From Fimbriimonadaceae bacterium (GTDB taxonomy: Bacteria; Armatimonadota; Fimbriimonadia; Fimbriimonadales; Fimbriimonadaceae): a stretch of 64,000 nt of DNA. Made by a program: the position numbers and the translations under genes. Of the stretch, positions 49,167-58,303 are shown piece by piece; the stretch's first letter is position 1, and each line of letters starts with the position of its first letter. The stretch spans positions 2,886 to 66,885 of the forward strand of contig JANRKI010000029.1 in the NCBI GenBank assembly GCA_033763535.1. Direction: 5' to 3'. Under the pieces are notes generated by a model that searched no databases, was not told the origin of the DNA, and saw only the letters and a program-made list of their open reading frames with translations.

Positions 49167-52100
49167 ATGTCGATGCCGGTTCGAAACATCACGTTGCCAA
49201 TGTTTGCGCTTGGCATCGTCGTGTCTTCGGCCCATGCCCAAGCCCCGACATCGTTGAGTACGGGCGGCGAGGCCAATGCATCGGTTCCCGCGCCGGTCGC
49301 CCTCGGCGGAACCCCCGCGATCGACGTCTTGCGGCTGGAAGGCGGCTCGCCGAGTGCACCGCTCCGGTACGGAAACGTCATTCCCGGTAGCGAACGCATC
49401 GATCTGGATGGTCGGGCCCTCGTCGCCGTAACCGACTACGCGCTGGATGCCGAAGTCGGGGTGATCTACCTCAAGCGCGCGTTTCGGCCCGGCCAAACGC
49501 TGACGGTCTCGTACCGGTACAGCGACAAGCCCGTGAGCAACGGCGCCAGCGTCGCCAAGGCCCTCAGCTCGATGAAGCTGAAGCTCGTTTCCGGCGGAGA
49601 AGGCTTCGGCGGACTCGGCTTCAGTGCCGGTCTCGGCGTGACTGAACGGACGGCCGATGGCCGCGTGTTGACTGGCAACGCGTTCGGCCTCAACACGAAT
49701 TTCCGGCTTGGAGCCGCCAGCACGATGAGCGGTTTCTACGTCGTCGGCAACCGGAACCGGGCCCAAAACGTGGCGGGAATGAACTTCACCGGCGCGTCCG
49801 GAGGTCAGGCCGATGGCGACACGGGGACGTCCCGCGCCGTGGTGCAACGCCTTGGGGCCGGTGCGCTCGGTGGCAAGCTGAGCTTCGACTACCAAGACGT
49901 CAGCCAAAACTTCACCGCATTCGGCAGCCTGCGCGACAACGGAGCCGATGACGCGGCGATCCAACGCCTCCGCTCGGAGCGCGGGATGCAACGGGTCGGT
50001 TACGCCGCCGAAGGGTTGCGATTTGGCAACACCTCGCTCTCCGCGTCCACCCGCAAGGTGTCGGACCGCGATGGTGACATCGCCTGGACCAGCTACGGCC
50101 TCGAGCAAAAAGGGCTGAAGCTCCAGTACCGCGGCCAAGACGTTGGCAACACGTTTGGCCGGTTCAAGGATATTGCCGAGCAAGATCGCGAGCAACTGAT
50201 GCGCGAGCGCGGGATGAAGCGCGACTTCCTCGCCGGAGAATTCGCGAGCCGCATGGGCAAACTCGGCTTCTCCTCCATACGCATCGAGGACAAGGCGAGC
50301 GGTCGCGACATCGCCCGCCAAGAGTTTCAGTACGAGCTGAAGAACACGAAGGTGAGCTTCGGCTCGCAAGAGGTGGCGCAAGGGTTCGGCCGGTTCGACT
50401 CGCTGCTCGGCGACGAACGCGGTCGATTCGGGCTGGAAGCGGGACTCAGCCGCAGTTGGGCGAACTTCAGTTCCGATGCCTTCGGAAAGGGCACCAGTTT
50501 TCAGTTCCAGCGAAACGATCTCGCCAGCAACGGCGGCAAGTTCGCGGGGCAAGACCTCAGCCTCAATGCCAAAACGTGGAGCCTCTCCCATTCCGAGCGC
50601 TCCATTGACAAGGCGTTTGCCGGATTCCACGCGATGCAAGACGGCGAACGTCAGGCGAACGTGGACAAGATCGCCCGGATGTACGGCGCGGATACCGCGG
50701 CGCGTCCGGAAGACAAGCATTTTCTCACGATGGGACACGGCATCGGCCGGTCCGCCACGTCCCTCAGCGCCAAGCCGTGGAAGGACTGGGACGTCTCGTT
50801 CACGCGGCTCCAACTCACCGGCGCGCAAGACTCGGGCGAAGTCAATTCGCTGAGAATTGCGCGTAAGGGGTTCGAAGTCCATTACCGAAACCAGCAACTG
50901 GGCGAACGTTTTGACGACGTCACCCGAATGCTGAGCTTCGAGAAGATGCGCCTTGGCAACGTGGCGGGACTCGACCGAACGGACTTCGGGATGGCGGTCC
51001 ATCTGGGCGGGCACAAGCAGTTCAGCTTCCAAAACTCACGCGCCAGCAATGCCGAAGGCGGATTCAACCGAACCCACGTGGCGTTCTCGGACAAGAAAAT
51101 TGACGTTCGTCTGAACGCCCGCGACGTCGACGCCGGACTGCGGTCGTTTGGCCAATTGACGGACCCTGATCGCGACGTGCTGCTCGGCCTGCAGGGAGCG
51201 CGGCAACGGGATGCCAGCTTCAAATGGCGGATTCTGCCGAACGTTGACATCGAAGGCTTCGGTCAAGATATCTTCCACCGCGAGCAACGGTCGAACGATC
51301 AAATTCGCAACATGTCGGTCAACTGGGGCCTCGACCCGAAGACGTCTGTGTCGATGGTTCGGACCGAGCGGAAGCAGACCGATTCGCTGAGCACCATGTT
51401 TAGCGAGATCGTCGAGCGCATTTCGCTCTCGCGCGATTTTGGTCGCTACGGGCGACTGTCGCTCCTCGATGAATCGGTCGATTTCGGTGGACGCGACGCG
51501 CGCGCCGCGGACAGACGCCGCCAGTACCTCTCGTGGGAAACCAAACTGAACCCGAAGACCGACCTGCGTGCCGAACAGACGCGGACGGACTTTAGCGACG
51601 GTACGAATGAGAGGGTTAATGCGAACACCGTTAGTACCGCCGTCACCAAGAACCTCGGCGTCAGCGTGACGGACGTGAATGTGGATCGCCACGGCGATGA
51701 GCGCGACGAACGCAAACGCAACTACGGTTTCTGGTGGGACCTTGGCAAGGGTCTGCGGCTTTCGTACGGATACAACCGTCAGCTCGTGGGCGATAACGGC
51801 GGAACACTGAACTCCACCGTCGCGATCGGCCAGCACAACGGCGCCGTGAATCCGGACCAAGTCGGCTCGGTGCAAGCGTCCGAAATTCAGGGCGTGCGCA
51901 TCGGTGGCGCGTACGGCGTCAACCAGTGGGATCAAAACAACCGGACCCAAGCCTTCACGAACTTCACGTTCGGTAGCGCCAAGCCGATTCGATTTGGCCC
52001 GGTGCAAGACTTTAATTTCAACTTCGGCATGGACCAGGCCAGCGACCTGTCGAACTGGATGCGCGAGAATCGCCGCGCCAGCGTCAACGGACGCATCGGG

Positions 52101-52739
52101 TCGAACAAGTTCGGCTACCAGTACCTCAGCCAGATGCACCAGTCCGGCACCCGGGGCATCGACCGTGTGTTCCAGATCGAAACCGATCAGGACGCCAAGA
52201 ACCCGTTCCGCGCGAACGTGTTCTACAAGGTGCGCACGTTGCCGTGGAACGACTCCGTCATGGTGCGCCGGTACCAACTCGCGTACCGGCCGGCGAAGAA
52301 CCTCGAGTTCACCCACATGCTGGAAACGAATCCCGAAATCACGCGCAGCGACGTTTTCTTGGGATCGTTGCCGCAGGCCGCCCGCAGCAGCCGATGGGAC
52401 CTCAACTGGAAGCGCGACTCAAACTTCACCCTCGGCGGTATGTGGCAAGAGCTGGCGAACGATCAAACGCTCGCCCGAACGCGCACCGCCGGCGTCAACT
52501 TCACCTGGAACGAGGCGAAGGGAAGTCCGTTCCGACTGTTCTACGGTCTGGAGCAAGCCGATGGAAACGTCTTGCAGAACACGCGCCACCGGTACAGCAT
52601 CGGCTTTGACCAGCGACCGGGGCCGAACCAAACGCTCAGCTTCTTCCTGGGCAATCTCAGCTACGAGCACGCCATCGTCAATGGCCAATCGCGCAATAAC
52701 TGGACCTTCCGCCTGAACTACCAACTCCGGTTCCGGTAA
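49167..52739 (+). CDS. 1190-aa exported protein, predicted large outer-membrane beta-barrel with internal repeats
   Basis: Signal peptide ending AHA-Q; alternating hydrophobic beta-strands; about six 75-100 aa repeats; C-terminus WTFRLNYQLRFR. Confidence 0.7.
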   Translation: MSMPVRNITLPMFALGIVVSSAHAQAPTSLSTGGEANASVPAPVALGGTPAIDVLRLEGGSPSAPLRYGNVIPGSERIDLDGRALVAVTDYALDAEVGVIYLKRAFRPGQTLTVSYRYSDKPVSNGASVAKALSSMKLKLVSGGEGFGGLGFSAGLGVTERTADGRVLTGNAFGLNTNFRLGAASTMSGFYVVGNRNRAQNVAGMNFTGASGGQADGDTGTSRAVVQRLGAGALGGKLSFDYQDVSQNFTAFGSLRDNGADDAAIQRLRSERGMQRVGYAAEGLRFGNTSLSASTRKVSDRDGDIAWTSYGLEQKGLKLQYRGQDVGNTFGRFKDIAEQDREQLMRERGMKRDFLAGEFASRMGKLGFSSIRIEDKASGRDIARQEFQYELKNTKVSFGSQEVAQGFGRFDSLLGDERGRFGLEAGLSRSWANFSSDAFGKGTSFQFQRNDLASNGGKFAGQDLSLNAKTWSLSHSERSIDKAFAGFHAMQDGERQANVDKIARMYGADTAARPEDKHFLTMGHGIGRSATSLSAKPWKDWDVSFTRLQLTGAQDSGEVNSLRIARKGFEVHYRNQQLGERFDDVTRMLSFEKMRLGNVAGLDRTDFGMAVHLGGHKQFSFQNSRASNAEGGFNRTHVAFSDKKIDVRLNARDVDAGLRSFGQLTDPDRDVLLGLQGARQRDASFKWRILPNVDIEGFGQDIFHREQRSNDQIRNMSVNWGLDPKTSVSMVRTERKQTDSLSTMFSEIVERISLSRDFGRYGRLSLLDESVDFGGRDARAADRRRQYLSWETKLNPKTDLRAEQTRTDFSDGTNERVNANTVSTAVTKNLGVSVTDVNVDRHGDERDERKRNYGFWWDLGKGLRLSYGYNRQLVGDNGGTLNSTVAIGQHNGAVNPDQVGSVQASEIQGVRIGGAYGVNQWDQNNRTQAFTNFTFGSAKPIRFGPVQDFNFNFGMDQASDLSNWMRENRRASVNGRIGSNKFGYQYLSQMHQSGTRGIDRVFQIETDQDAKNPFRANVFYKVRTLPWNDSVMVRRYQLAYRPAKNLEFTHMLETNPEITRSDVFLGSLPQAARSSRWDLNWKRDSNFTLGGMWQELANDQTLARTRTAGVNFTWNEAKGSPFRLFYGLEQADGNVLQNTRHRYSIGFDQRPGPNQTLSFFLGNLSYEHAIVNGQSRNNWTFRLNYQLRFR

Positions 52740-52746
52740 AACCCGG

Positions 52747-53670
52747 GTGATGCCGGAAACCGTGACGTTTGGGCGATGGCCAGAGATGATTCGGATCGCG
52801 GATGATCGGGCGGAACTGCACGTCTCCACCCAGTTCGGACCGCGCATTCTGGGCGCAAACCTGCTCGAGGCCCCCAACCTCATGTACCAGTTTCCACCGG
52901 AAACCGAGCCGGACGGCTACCGATTTTACGGTGGCCACCGACTCTGGATCGCGCCCGAATCGCGCGAGCTGAGTATGCAGCCGGAGAATGAACCGGTCGC
53001 GGTGCGGCACGGCGAGCAATCGGTGCAGCTCACCGCTCCCACCGATACGAACGGCTTCACGAAGTCGCTCGTGATCGCCGCGCGGGGCGACGGTCAATTT
53101 GTCGTCACGCACGGCCTGACGTACTCCGGCGAGGCACCGAGGACCGTGGCCCCGTGGGCCCTATCCATGTTGGTGGCGGGCACGCGCGTCGTTTTTCCTC
53201 AGCCGGAGTACGTCAGTCACGAGTCCGACGTCCTCCCAAATCGACCGCTCGTCACTTGGGGATACACCGACCTCAGCGACCCGCGCTGGACTTGGCATCC
53301 GGCGCTCGCGTCGCTGCAACAATCTCCCACCCGCACGCCGCAAAAAATCGGAACGTACTTGGCGGAGGGTTGGGCGGCAGCCATCGGACACGGGCAGCTG
53401 TTGCTCAAGACGTTCGGTGCGCTGGCCGGTTCGGGGGCCGGAGTCCAGGATCCGACGCAGATCTATCCCGATATGGGCTGCAACTTCGAGACATTTACCA
53501 ACGGCGACATGATCGAAATTGAGTCGCTGGGACCGAAGGCCACCGTCACCGCCGGAAGCGCGCTGATTCACGAAGAACGTTGGCTCATCGCGTCGGCGAA
53601 AGACCTTCCCTCCGCGCCCGTCCAATTGCGCGAGGCCCTCGCCGCCCTCGCGGACCGGCTCCGGGATTAG
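52747..53670 (+). CDS. Hypothetical beta-sandwich protein (DUF4380 / galactose-mutarotase-like)
   Basis: FGPRILG, FYGGHRLWIAPE, YPDMGCNFETFTN, MIEIESLGP; 7 bp after the barrel gene. Confidence 0.6.
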   Translation: MMPETVTFGRWPEMIRIADDRAELHVSTQFGPRILGANLLEAPNLMYQFPPETEPDGYRFYGGHRLWIAPESRELSMQPENEPVAVRHGEQSVQLTAPTDTNGFTKSLVIAARGDGQFVVTHGLTYSGEAPRTVAPWALSMLVAGTRVVFPQPEYVSHESDVLPNRPLVTWGYTDLSDPRWTWHPALASLQQSPTRTPQKIGTYLAEGWAAAIGHGQLLLKTFGALAGSGAGVQDPTQIYPDMGCNFETFTNGDMIEIESLGPKATVTAGSALIHEERWLIASAKDLPSAPVQLREALAALADRLRD

Positions 53671-54494
53671 CGCACGATGGTGCGAGGCGGGGACTGCCAG
53701 GGCGACTGCGGAATGCCATCCTTGGTGGTCACCACGCTATCATCGGGCTGCAACATTCGGAGTTCGCCGGTGGCGGTCAGGGCGTGGATGCCGCCGTCGT
53801 GCCGTCCGTACGCTTCCTTCAGCGACTTGCCCGTTTCGCGAAAGGCGAGTCGCGTCACGCGCTTCGTCGCGCGGTTCGGCGAGAAGTTGTCATTGTCAAA
53901 CCCCACCGTCACGCCGTCCGGCAACGGTTTGCCGTTCTTGTCGCGAAACGGTAACGGATTGTAGGAGGACTCGCTGCCGTTGTTACTGGTTTCCGCGAGG
54001 ATAATCGTTTGGTCCGGTAGCTCAATGTTGAAGTACTTTTCGGCAGAGTACGCCACGTACATCCCGTAACTTGCGGGCAAGTATTGGCTGCCATCCTCGG
54101 GGTTTTCGACCCGGAAGCGTTCGTTCTCGCCACTGGATGGACACGCAAAGGCCGCTCGGCGCGACATGTAAGGAAACAAATCGGAGTGCCACGTGTACGG
54201 CAACGCGTTTTCGCCAATGGCCGGCAATCGTTGATCGTCGGCACGGTACACGGGCGGCAAACCGTCGTCGTGATCGCGGATGTAAAGCGTGAGGGCCGTA
54301 TGCATCGCCTTGAAGTTGCCCACGCACTGGGCCTTTTCACTCTTCGCGATGCCGACCTTGTACACCGGGTAGCAGATCGCGGCGAGTGCGATCAGTCCGA
54401 TGCCGATAATCCGCAATTCCTTGCGCGACATGTACTGACTCTTCGCCGATGCTTCTTCCTCGGTGGCTTGCGGATCGTACGTACTGGTGCTCAT
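53667..54494 (-). CDS. DUF1559-like pilin-related protein lacking a prepilin cleavage site
   Basis: TM then QCVGNFKAMHTALTLYIRDHDDGLPP; C-terminal RH-x9-TG. Confidence 0.7.
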   Translation of the reverse strand: MSTSTYDPQATEEEASAKSQYMSRKELRIIGIGLIALAAICYPVYKVGIAKSEKAQCVGNFKAMHTALTLYIRDHDDGLPPVYRADDQRLPAIGENALPYTWHSDLFPYMSRRAAFACPSSGENERFRVENPEDGSQYLPASYGMYVAYSAEKYFNIELPDQTIILAETSNNGSESSYNPLPFRDKNGKPLPDGVTVGFDNDNFSPNRATKRVTRLAFRETGKSLKEAYGRHDGGIHALTATGELRMLQPDDSVVTTKDGIPQSPWQSPPRTIVR

Positions 54495-55525
54495 CGAATA
54501 CTCCGGGTCGCGTGAGAGGCTTTCGGTTTCAGGTTGTATTCGGCCAGTACGGCCGGAAGCTTGCGGGAGTCAATCGCCAGTTTCGTCGTACCGCGCTGCT
54601 CTCGAACGGGCAGCATCCCCATTCGAATCTGCGACGGCTTGACTCGTTTGGCAAAGAACGCGAGGCTTGCAATCTCGTCCTCCGACATGGAGTTCCCGAG
54701 GACCGCCACCGCTTTGTCGAACACGCTCGGTAGCTTGAGCGGGTCGCGCATCACGGCATCCTTAAACGAAACCAAGAACTGCTTTTGCCGGTTCTGCCGA
54801 TCGAAATCGGTGTCGGCCGCGCCATCGTTGCTCTTGCGGTACCTAACGTACATCAGCGCGTCGTATCCGCTCAGCTGATGACGTCCGGGTTCCAGATGAA
54901 TATGGACATTGCCGGCGTGGTCATCGTAATCCATCTTCTTCGGCACGTCCATCGCGACTCCGCCCACCGCGTCCACCATCTCCTGGAACGCGTCGTAGTT
55001 CAGCACGACCACGCGATCAATCGGCACTCCATCGAGGGCGTGCGTGACCGCCTTCTGCATCATCTCCGGACCTTTGTCGGTACCTTCCAGCTTAAAATAG
55101 CTGTTGATCCGGTGACTACGGTAACCCGGAAGTCGAACGTCGGTATCGCGGGGAATCGAAATGCCCGTGATCATCTCGTTCTCAAAATCCAACCGCGCAA
55201 CGAGGATCATGTCTGCCCGCGCGTACTTACGGGTCACTTCGCCCGCTTTATTTGTCCAATCCCGCTCGCCGTAAGCCGCGACGCCGCCCCATTTCCGCTC
55301 TTCGTCGCAGCCCAGCATCAGTAGCGTAATGCTCTTTGTGTTGCCGAACACGACCTTCGGGTCCTTCGGAACGATGGCCGTTTGCAAGAGGCTCATCATC
55401 ATGCGGCTTCGGCTCACCCAACCGTAGACCGTCCCCAGCGCCAGGGCGATGAAGAGCAGTAATCCGTAACCGATGATGGGGCCCCAACGCCGCGATTTCG
55501 GGGCCGACTGTTGACGCTTCCTCAC
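54491..55525 (-). CDS. LCP (LytR-CpsA-Psr) family glycopolymer transferase
   Basis: N-terminal TM, LLMLGCD, RADMIL, ISIPRDT, YVRYRK, DFDRQNRQKQFL. Confidence 0.93.
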   Translation of the reverse strand: MRKRQQSAPKSRRWGPIIGYGLLLFIALALGTVYGWVSRSRMMMSLLQTAIVPKDPKVVFGNTKSITLLMLGCDEERKWGGVAAYGERDWTNKAGEVTRKYARADMILVARLDFENEMITGISIPRDTDVRLPGYRSHRINSYFKLEGTDKGPEMMQKAVTHALDGVPIDRVVVLNYDAFQEMVDAVGGVAMDVPKKMDYDDHAGNVHIHLEPGRHQLSGYDALMYVRYRKSNDGAADTDFDRQNRQKQFLVSFKDAVMRDPLKLPSVFDKAVAVLGNSMSEDEIASLAFFAKRVKPSQIRMGMLPVREQRGTTKLAIDSRKLPAVLAEYNLKPKASHATRSIR

Positions 55526-56991
55526 AAATCTCCGTTAGTATGAACAACGTTCACCGGGGCCGTTTCGTGCCAAACGTTCGCAAACGGCGATTCGGCCACC
55601 TGCCACCCTTGACCGCGCAATGCGGCGTGCCATGCGTCGTAGGCCTGCCGCGCCCCCTCCAGCTTGGCCGTTCGCCGTACCGCTTTGTCCCGAATCTCCG
55701 CCCCCGCGGGAAACAGCCCCCAGTTGATATTCATCGGGGCAAAGTCGCGCGGAGTGTCGTCCATCAGATGGCTCATGAGGCAACCATAGGCGCAGGCCGG
55801 ACCCGGCGGCAGCCACTCCTCGCCGCCGAGCCGCGCCAGCACCGCGTACCCGGAGAAGATCCCCATCGCTGCGCTTTCCACGTAGCCCTCTACCCCGGTG
55901 AGCTGCCCGGAGACAAACACGCCCGGGCGATCGCGAAGCTCGAGCGTCGGCGTCAACGTGCGCGGCGCGTCAATGTACGTGTTGCGATGAATGACGCCGT
56001 ACCGCACAAATTCGGCGTGCTCCAGCCCCGGGACCATTCGGAAGACTCGCCTCTGCTCGCCCCATTTCAGCCGGTTTTGGCAAGCGACCAGTGAGTACAT
56101 CGTCCGTTCCCGGTTTTCTGGCCGAAGTTGCAACGCCGCGTAGGGCCGACGGCCGGTTCGCGGGTCGGTCAACCCCACCGGCTTAAAGTTGCCGAACGCG
56201 AGCGATCGGGCCCCTTTCTCCGCGATCGCCTCGATGGGCGTGCACCCGCTGAAGTACTGAATCTTCTCGATGAGTTGCGCCTCCAATCCCTCGGGATCGC
56301 CGTCGCGTTTCCCGCCCGCCTCAAAGGCGCGAATCGGGACGCGTTCCGCAGTCACCAGCGCGGTCACGAACGCCTCGTACTCGTCGCGGTTAAACGGACA
56401 ATTCAGGTAATCGTCGCCGCCCTTGTCGTACCGGCTCTGCGCAAAGGCGACAACGCGGTTGATCGTACTGGCATCGACCGTCGGGCTGACCGCGTCGTAA
56501 AAGTGCAGGTGCTTCCGCCCGGTGGCGGAGGCCAGCCAACCCGAAAGGCGCTCCGACGTGAGCGGCCCGGATGCCAACACCACGAGCTCTCCCCGGGCCA
56601 GTGCCGCCTCCAATTCGTCCGGACCGAACTCCTCCGGCACGATCTCGATCTGCGAATGCTCTTGGAGCAGCCTCGTTAACTCCGCCCCGAAGGCATCGCG
56701 ATCCACGCAGAGGGCCTCGCCGCCCGGGACCGCATGCCGCGCCGCGACGTCCAGCACGATCGATCCGAGCCCGCGCATCTCATTTTTCAGCTGACCGGCG
56801 GGCGAGTCGTCGCGATTCGATTTCAAGGAGTTCGAACAGACCAACTCCGCAAAATGCCCGGTGGTATGGGCCGGCGTCATCGTCTTCGGACGCATCTCAT
56901 ACAGCCGCACCGGCACGCCGTGCCGCGCCAACGTCCACGCGCATTCGACGCCCGCGAACCCGGCGCCCACCACCGTGACCCGTGCCTTCAA
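55522..56991 (-). CDS. trmFO: Folate/FAD-dependent tRNA (uracil-5)-methyltransferase
   Basis: VVGAGFAGVECAW, ELVCSNSLKS, GPLTS, HFYDAVSP, RYGVIHRNTY, GQLTGVEGYVES, PMNINWGL. Confidence 0.96.
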   Translation of the reverse strand: MKARVTVVGAGFAGVECAWTLARHGVPVRLYEMRPKTMTPAHTTGHFAELVCSNSLKSNRDDSPAGQLKNEMRGLGSIVLDVAARHAVPGGEALCVDRDAFGAELTRLLQEHSQIEIVPEEFGPDELEAALARGELVVLASGPLTSERLSGWLASATGRKHLHFYDAVSPTVDASTINRVVAFAQSRYDKGGDDYLNCPFNRDEYEAFVTALVTAERVPIRAFEAGGKRDGDPEGLEAQLIEKIQYFSGCTPIEAIAEKGARSLAFGNFKPVGLTDPRTGRRPYAALQLRPENRERTMYSLVACQNRLKWGEQRRVFRMVPGLEHAEFVRYGVIHRNTYIDAPRTLTPTLELRDRPGVFVSGQLTGVEGYVESAAMGIFSGYAVLARLGGEEWLPPGPACAYGCLMSHLMDDTPRDFAPMNINWGLFPAGAEIRDKAVRRTAKLEGARQAYDAWHAALRGQGWQVAESPFANVWHETAPVNVVHTNGDL

Positions 56992-57524
56992 CCCTTGCCG
57001 TCCTTACGACGCGACGGAGCCACGCGATCGGTGATGAATGCGTAGCTGAGGGCGACTCGCCAAAAGGCGGTCTCGTCCGGATCCTTCTCGCGCATGGCCG
57101 CGGACCGGTCGGTCCAGATCGTGGTGACCGTCCGCTTGGCGGCAAAGATCGCGTAGAGGCGATCGGGTGCATCGGGGGCGGTCCGACGAAACACGTAGGC
57201 GGTCTCCCCGAACAGGTTCTTCCGGGTGCCCTCGGCCGAGACCCGTGCCCCGGGCGTCTCGGCTCGGTCGCGGGTAAAACGCGCGTCGATCACGGCCTCC
57301 AGATCGCCGGGTTTACCGCCGCGCGGCTCCACTTCAATCCGGATCGTGCCCCCGTCCGGAGTCTTGATGTCCCAACTCCGCACCAGTTCCGTAGATTTCG
57401 GGTCAACCGGCGGAAGCGTGTATCCGGCCGGAATCGTGAGCCGAAACGCCAGATCGGCCGTCACCAGCACCACGCGGATATCCGCGGGCGTGGCGGCTTG
57501 CAGACAGAGCGGAAACGGCATCAT
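56988..57524 (-). CDS. Hypothetical exported protein
   Basis: Fills the gap between rluB and trmFO with 4-bp overlaps on both sides; short hydrophobic N-terminus. Confidence 0.6.
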   Translation of the reverse strand: MMPFPLCLQAATPADIRVVLVTADLAFRLTIPAGYTLPPVDPKSTELVRSWDIKTPDGGTIRIEVEPRGGKPGDLEAVIDARFTRDRAETPGARVSAEGTRKNLFGETAYVFRRTAPDAPDRLYAIFAAKRTVTTIWTDRSAAMREKDPDETAFWRVALSYAFITDRVAPSRRKDGKG

Positions 57525-58303
57525 GCGTACAGCGGGGCCAGCCCGACCAGTTTGCGCAGTTCGTCCACTTCTTGCTTCCCGAGCAGCCGGCACTCGCCCG
57601 GGCGCATCCCCTTGACGCGGAGATGGGCGATGCGGACCCGGCGCAGACTGCTGACCGGATGCCCGACCGCGTCGCACATCAGGCGAATCTGCCGCTTCCG
57701 GCCTTCGTGCAGCACCAACCGGAGCCCGGTGGAGTTCGACTTCTCTTCGGCATGGATCACCTCCACGTGCGCCGGCGACGTTTTCTTGCCCTCCAGGTAG
57801 ATGCCTTTCCGCAGCCGATCCAGCGCTTTCGCGTCCGGAATCCCGACTACCACCGCCACGTACTCTTTTTCCACGCCGTACCGGGGGTGCGACAGGCGAT
57901 GGGCCAAATCTCCGTCGTTCGTACACAGCAACAACCCTTCCGTATCTTTGTCCAGTCGTCCCACCGGCTTCAGTGCCACGCCGTAATCGGGCAGGTAACT
58001 CACGATGGTTCGCCGTCCTTCCGGATCGAACATCGTGGTGACCACGCCCTTCGGCTTGTTCAGCAAAACGGTGAATTGGCGCGAAACCTCGATCGGAATG
58101 CCATCGACCGCGACCTGATCGTCCGGACCGACGCGGACCCCCATCTCCATCACGATCTCGCCGTTCACCGTCACGCGCCCTTCCTGAATCAAGGTCTCGG
58201 CCTTGCGCCGACTGGTGACGCCGGAGTGCGCGATGCGGACGTGGAGGCGTTCTGACTCGGCCGATTCGACGGGCGGGGAGGACTTAGCGGCGCGGCGAGG
58301 CAT
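57521..58303 (-). CDS. rluB: 23S rRNA pseudouridine synthase (RluB/RsuA family)
   Basis: S4 domain ERLHVRIAHSGVTSRRKAE, LNKPKG, VGRLDKDTEGLLL (catalytic Asp), EGRKRQIR. Confidence 0.9.
   Translation of the reverse strand: MPRRAAKSSPPVESAESERLHVRIAHSGVTSRRKAETLIQEGRVTVNGEIVMEMGVRVGPDDQVAVDGIPIEVSRQFTVLLNKPKGVVTTMFDPEGRRTIVSYLPDYGVALKPVGRLDKDTEGLLLCTNDGDLAHRLSHPRYGVEKEYVAVVVGIPDAKALDRLRKGIYLEGKKTSPAHVEVIHAEEKSNSTGLRLVLHEGRKRQIRLMCDAVGHPVSSLRRVRIAHLRVKGMRPGECRLLGKQEVDELRKLVGLAPLYA

Noticed and set aside
49145-49170. CGCATAAT resembling the XerC arm of dif
   Set aside because: No XerD arm (TTATGTTAAAT-like) follows; the segment is better explained as the promoter of the barrel gene.
48807-51032. 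741-aa antisense ORF
   Set aside because: It shadows the 1190-aa gene and Gfo/Idh/MocA on the opposite strand, has no recognisable motifs, and is the expected by-product of high-GC codon bias.
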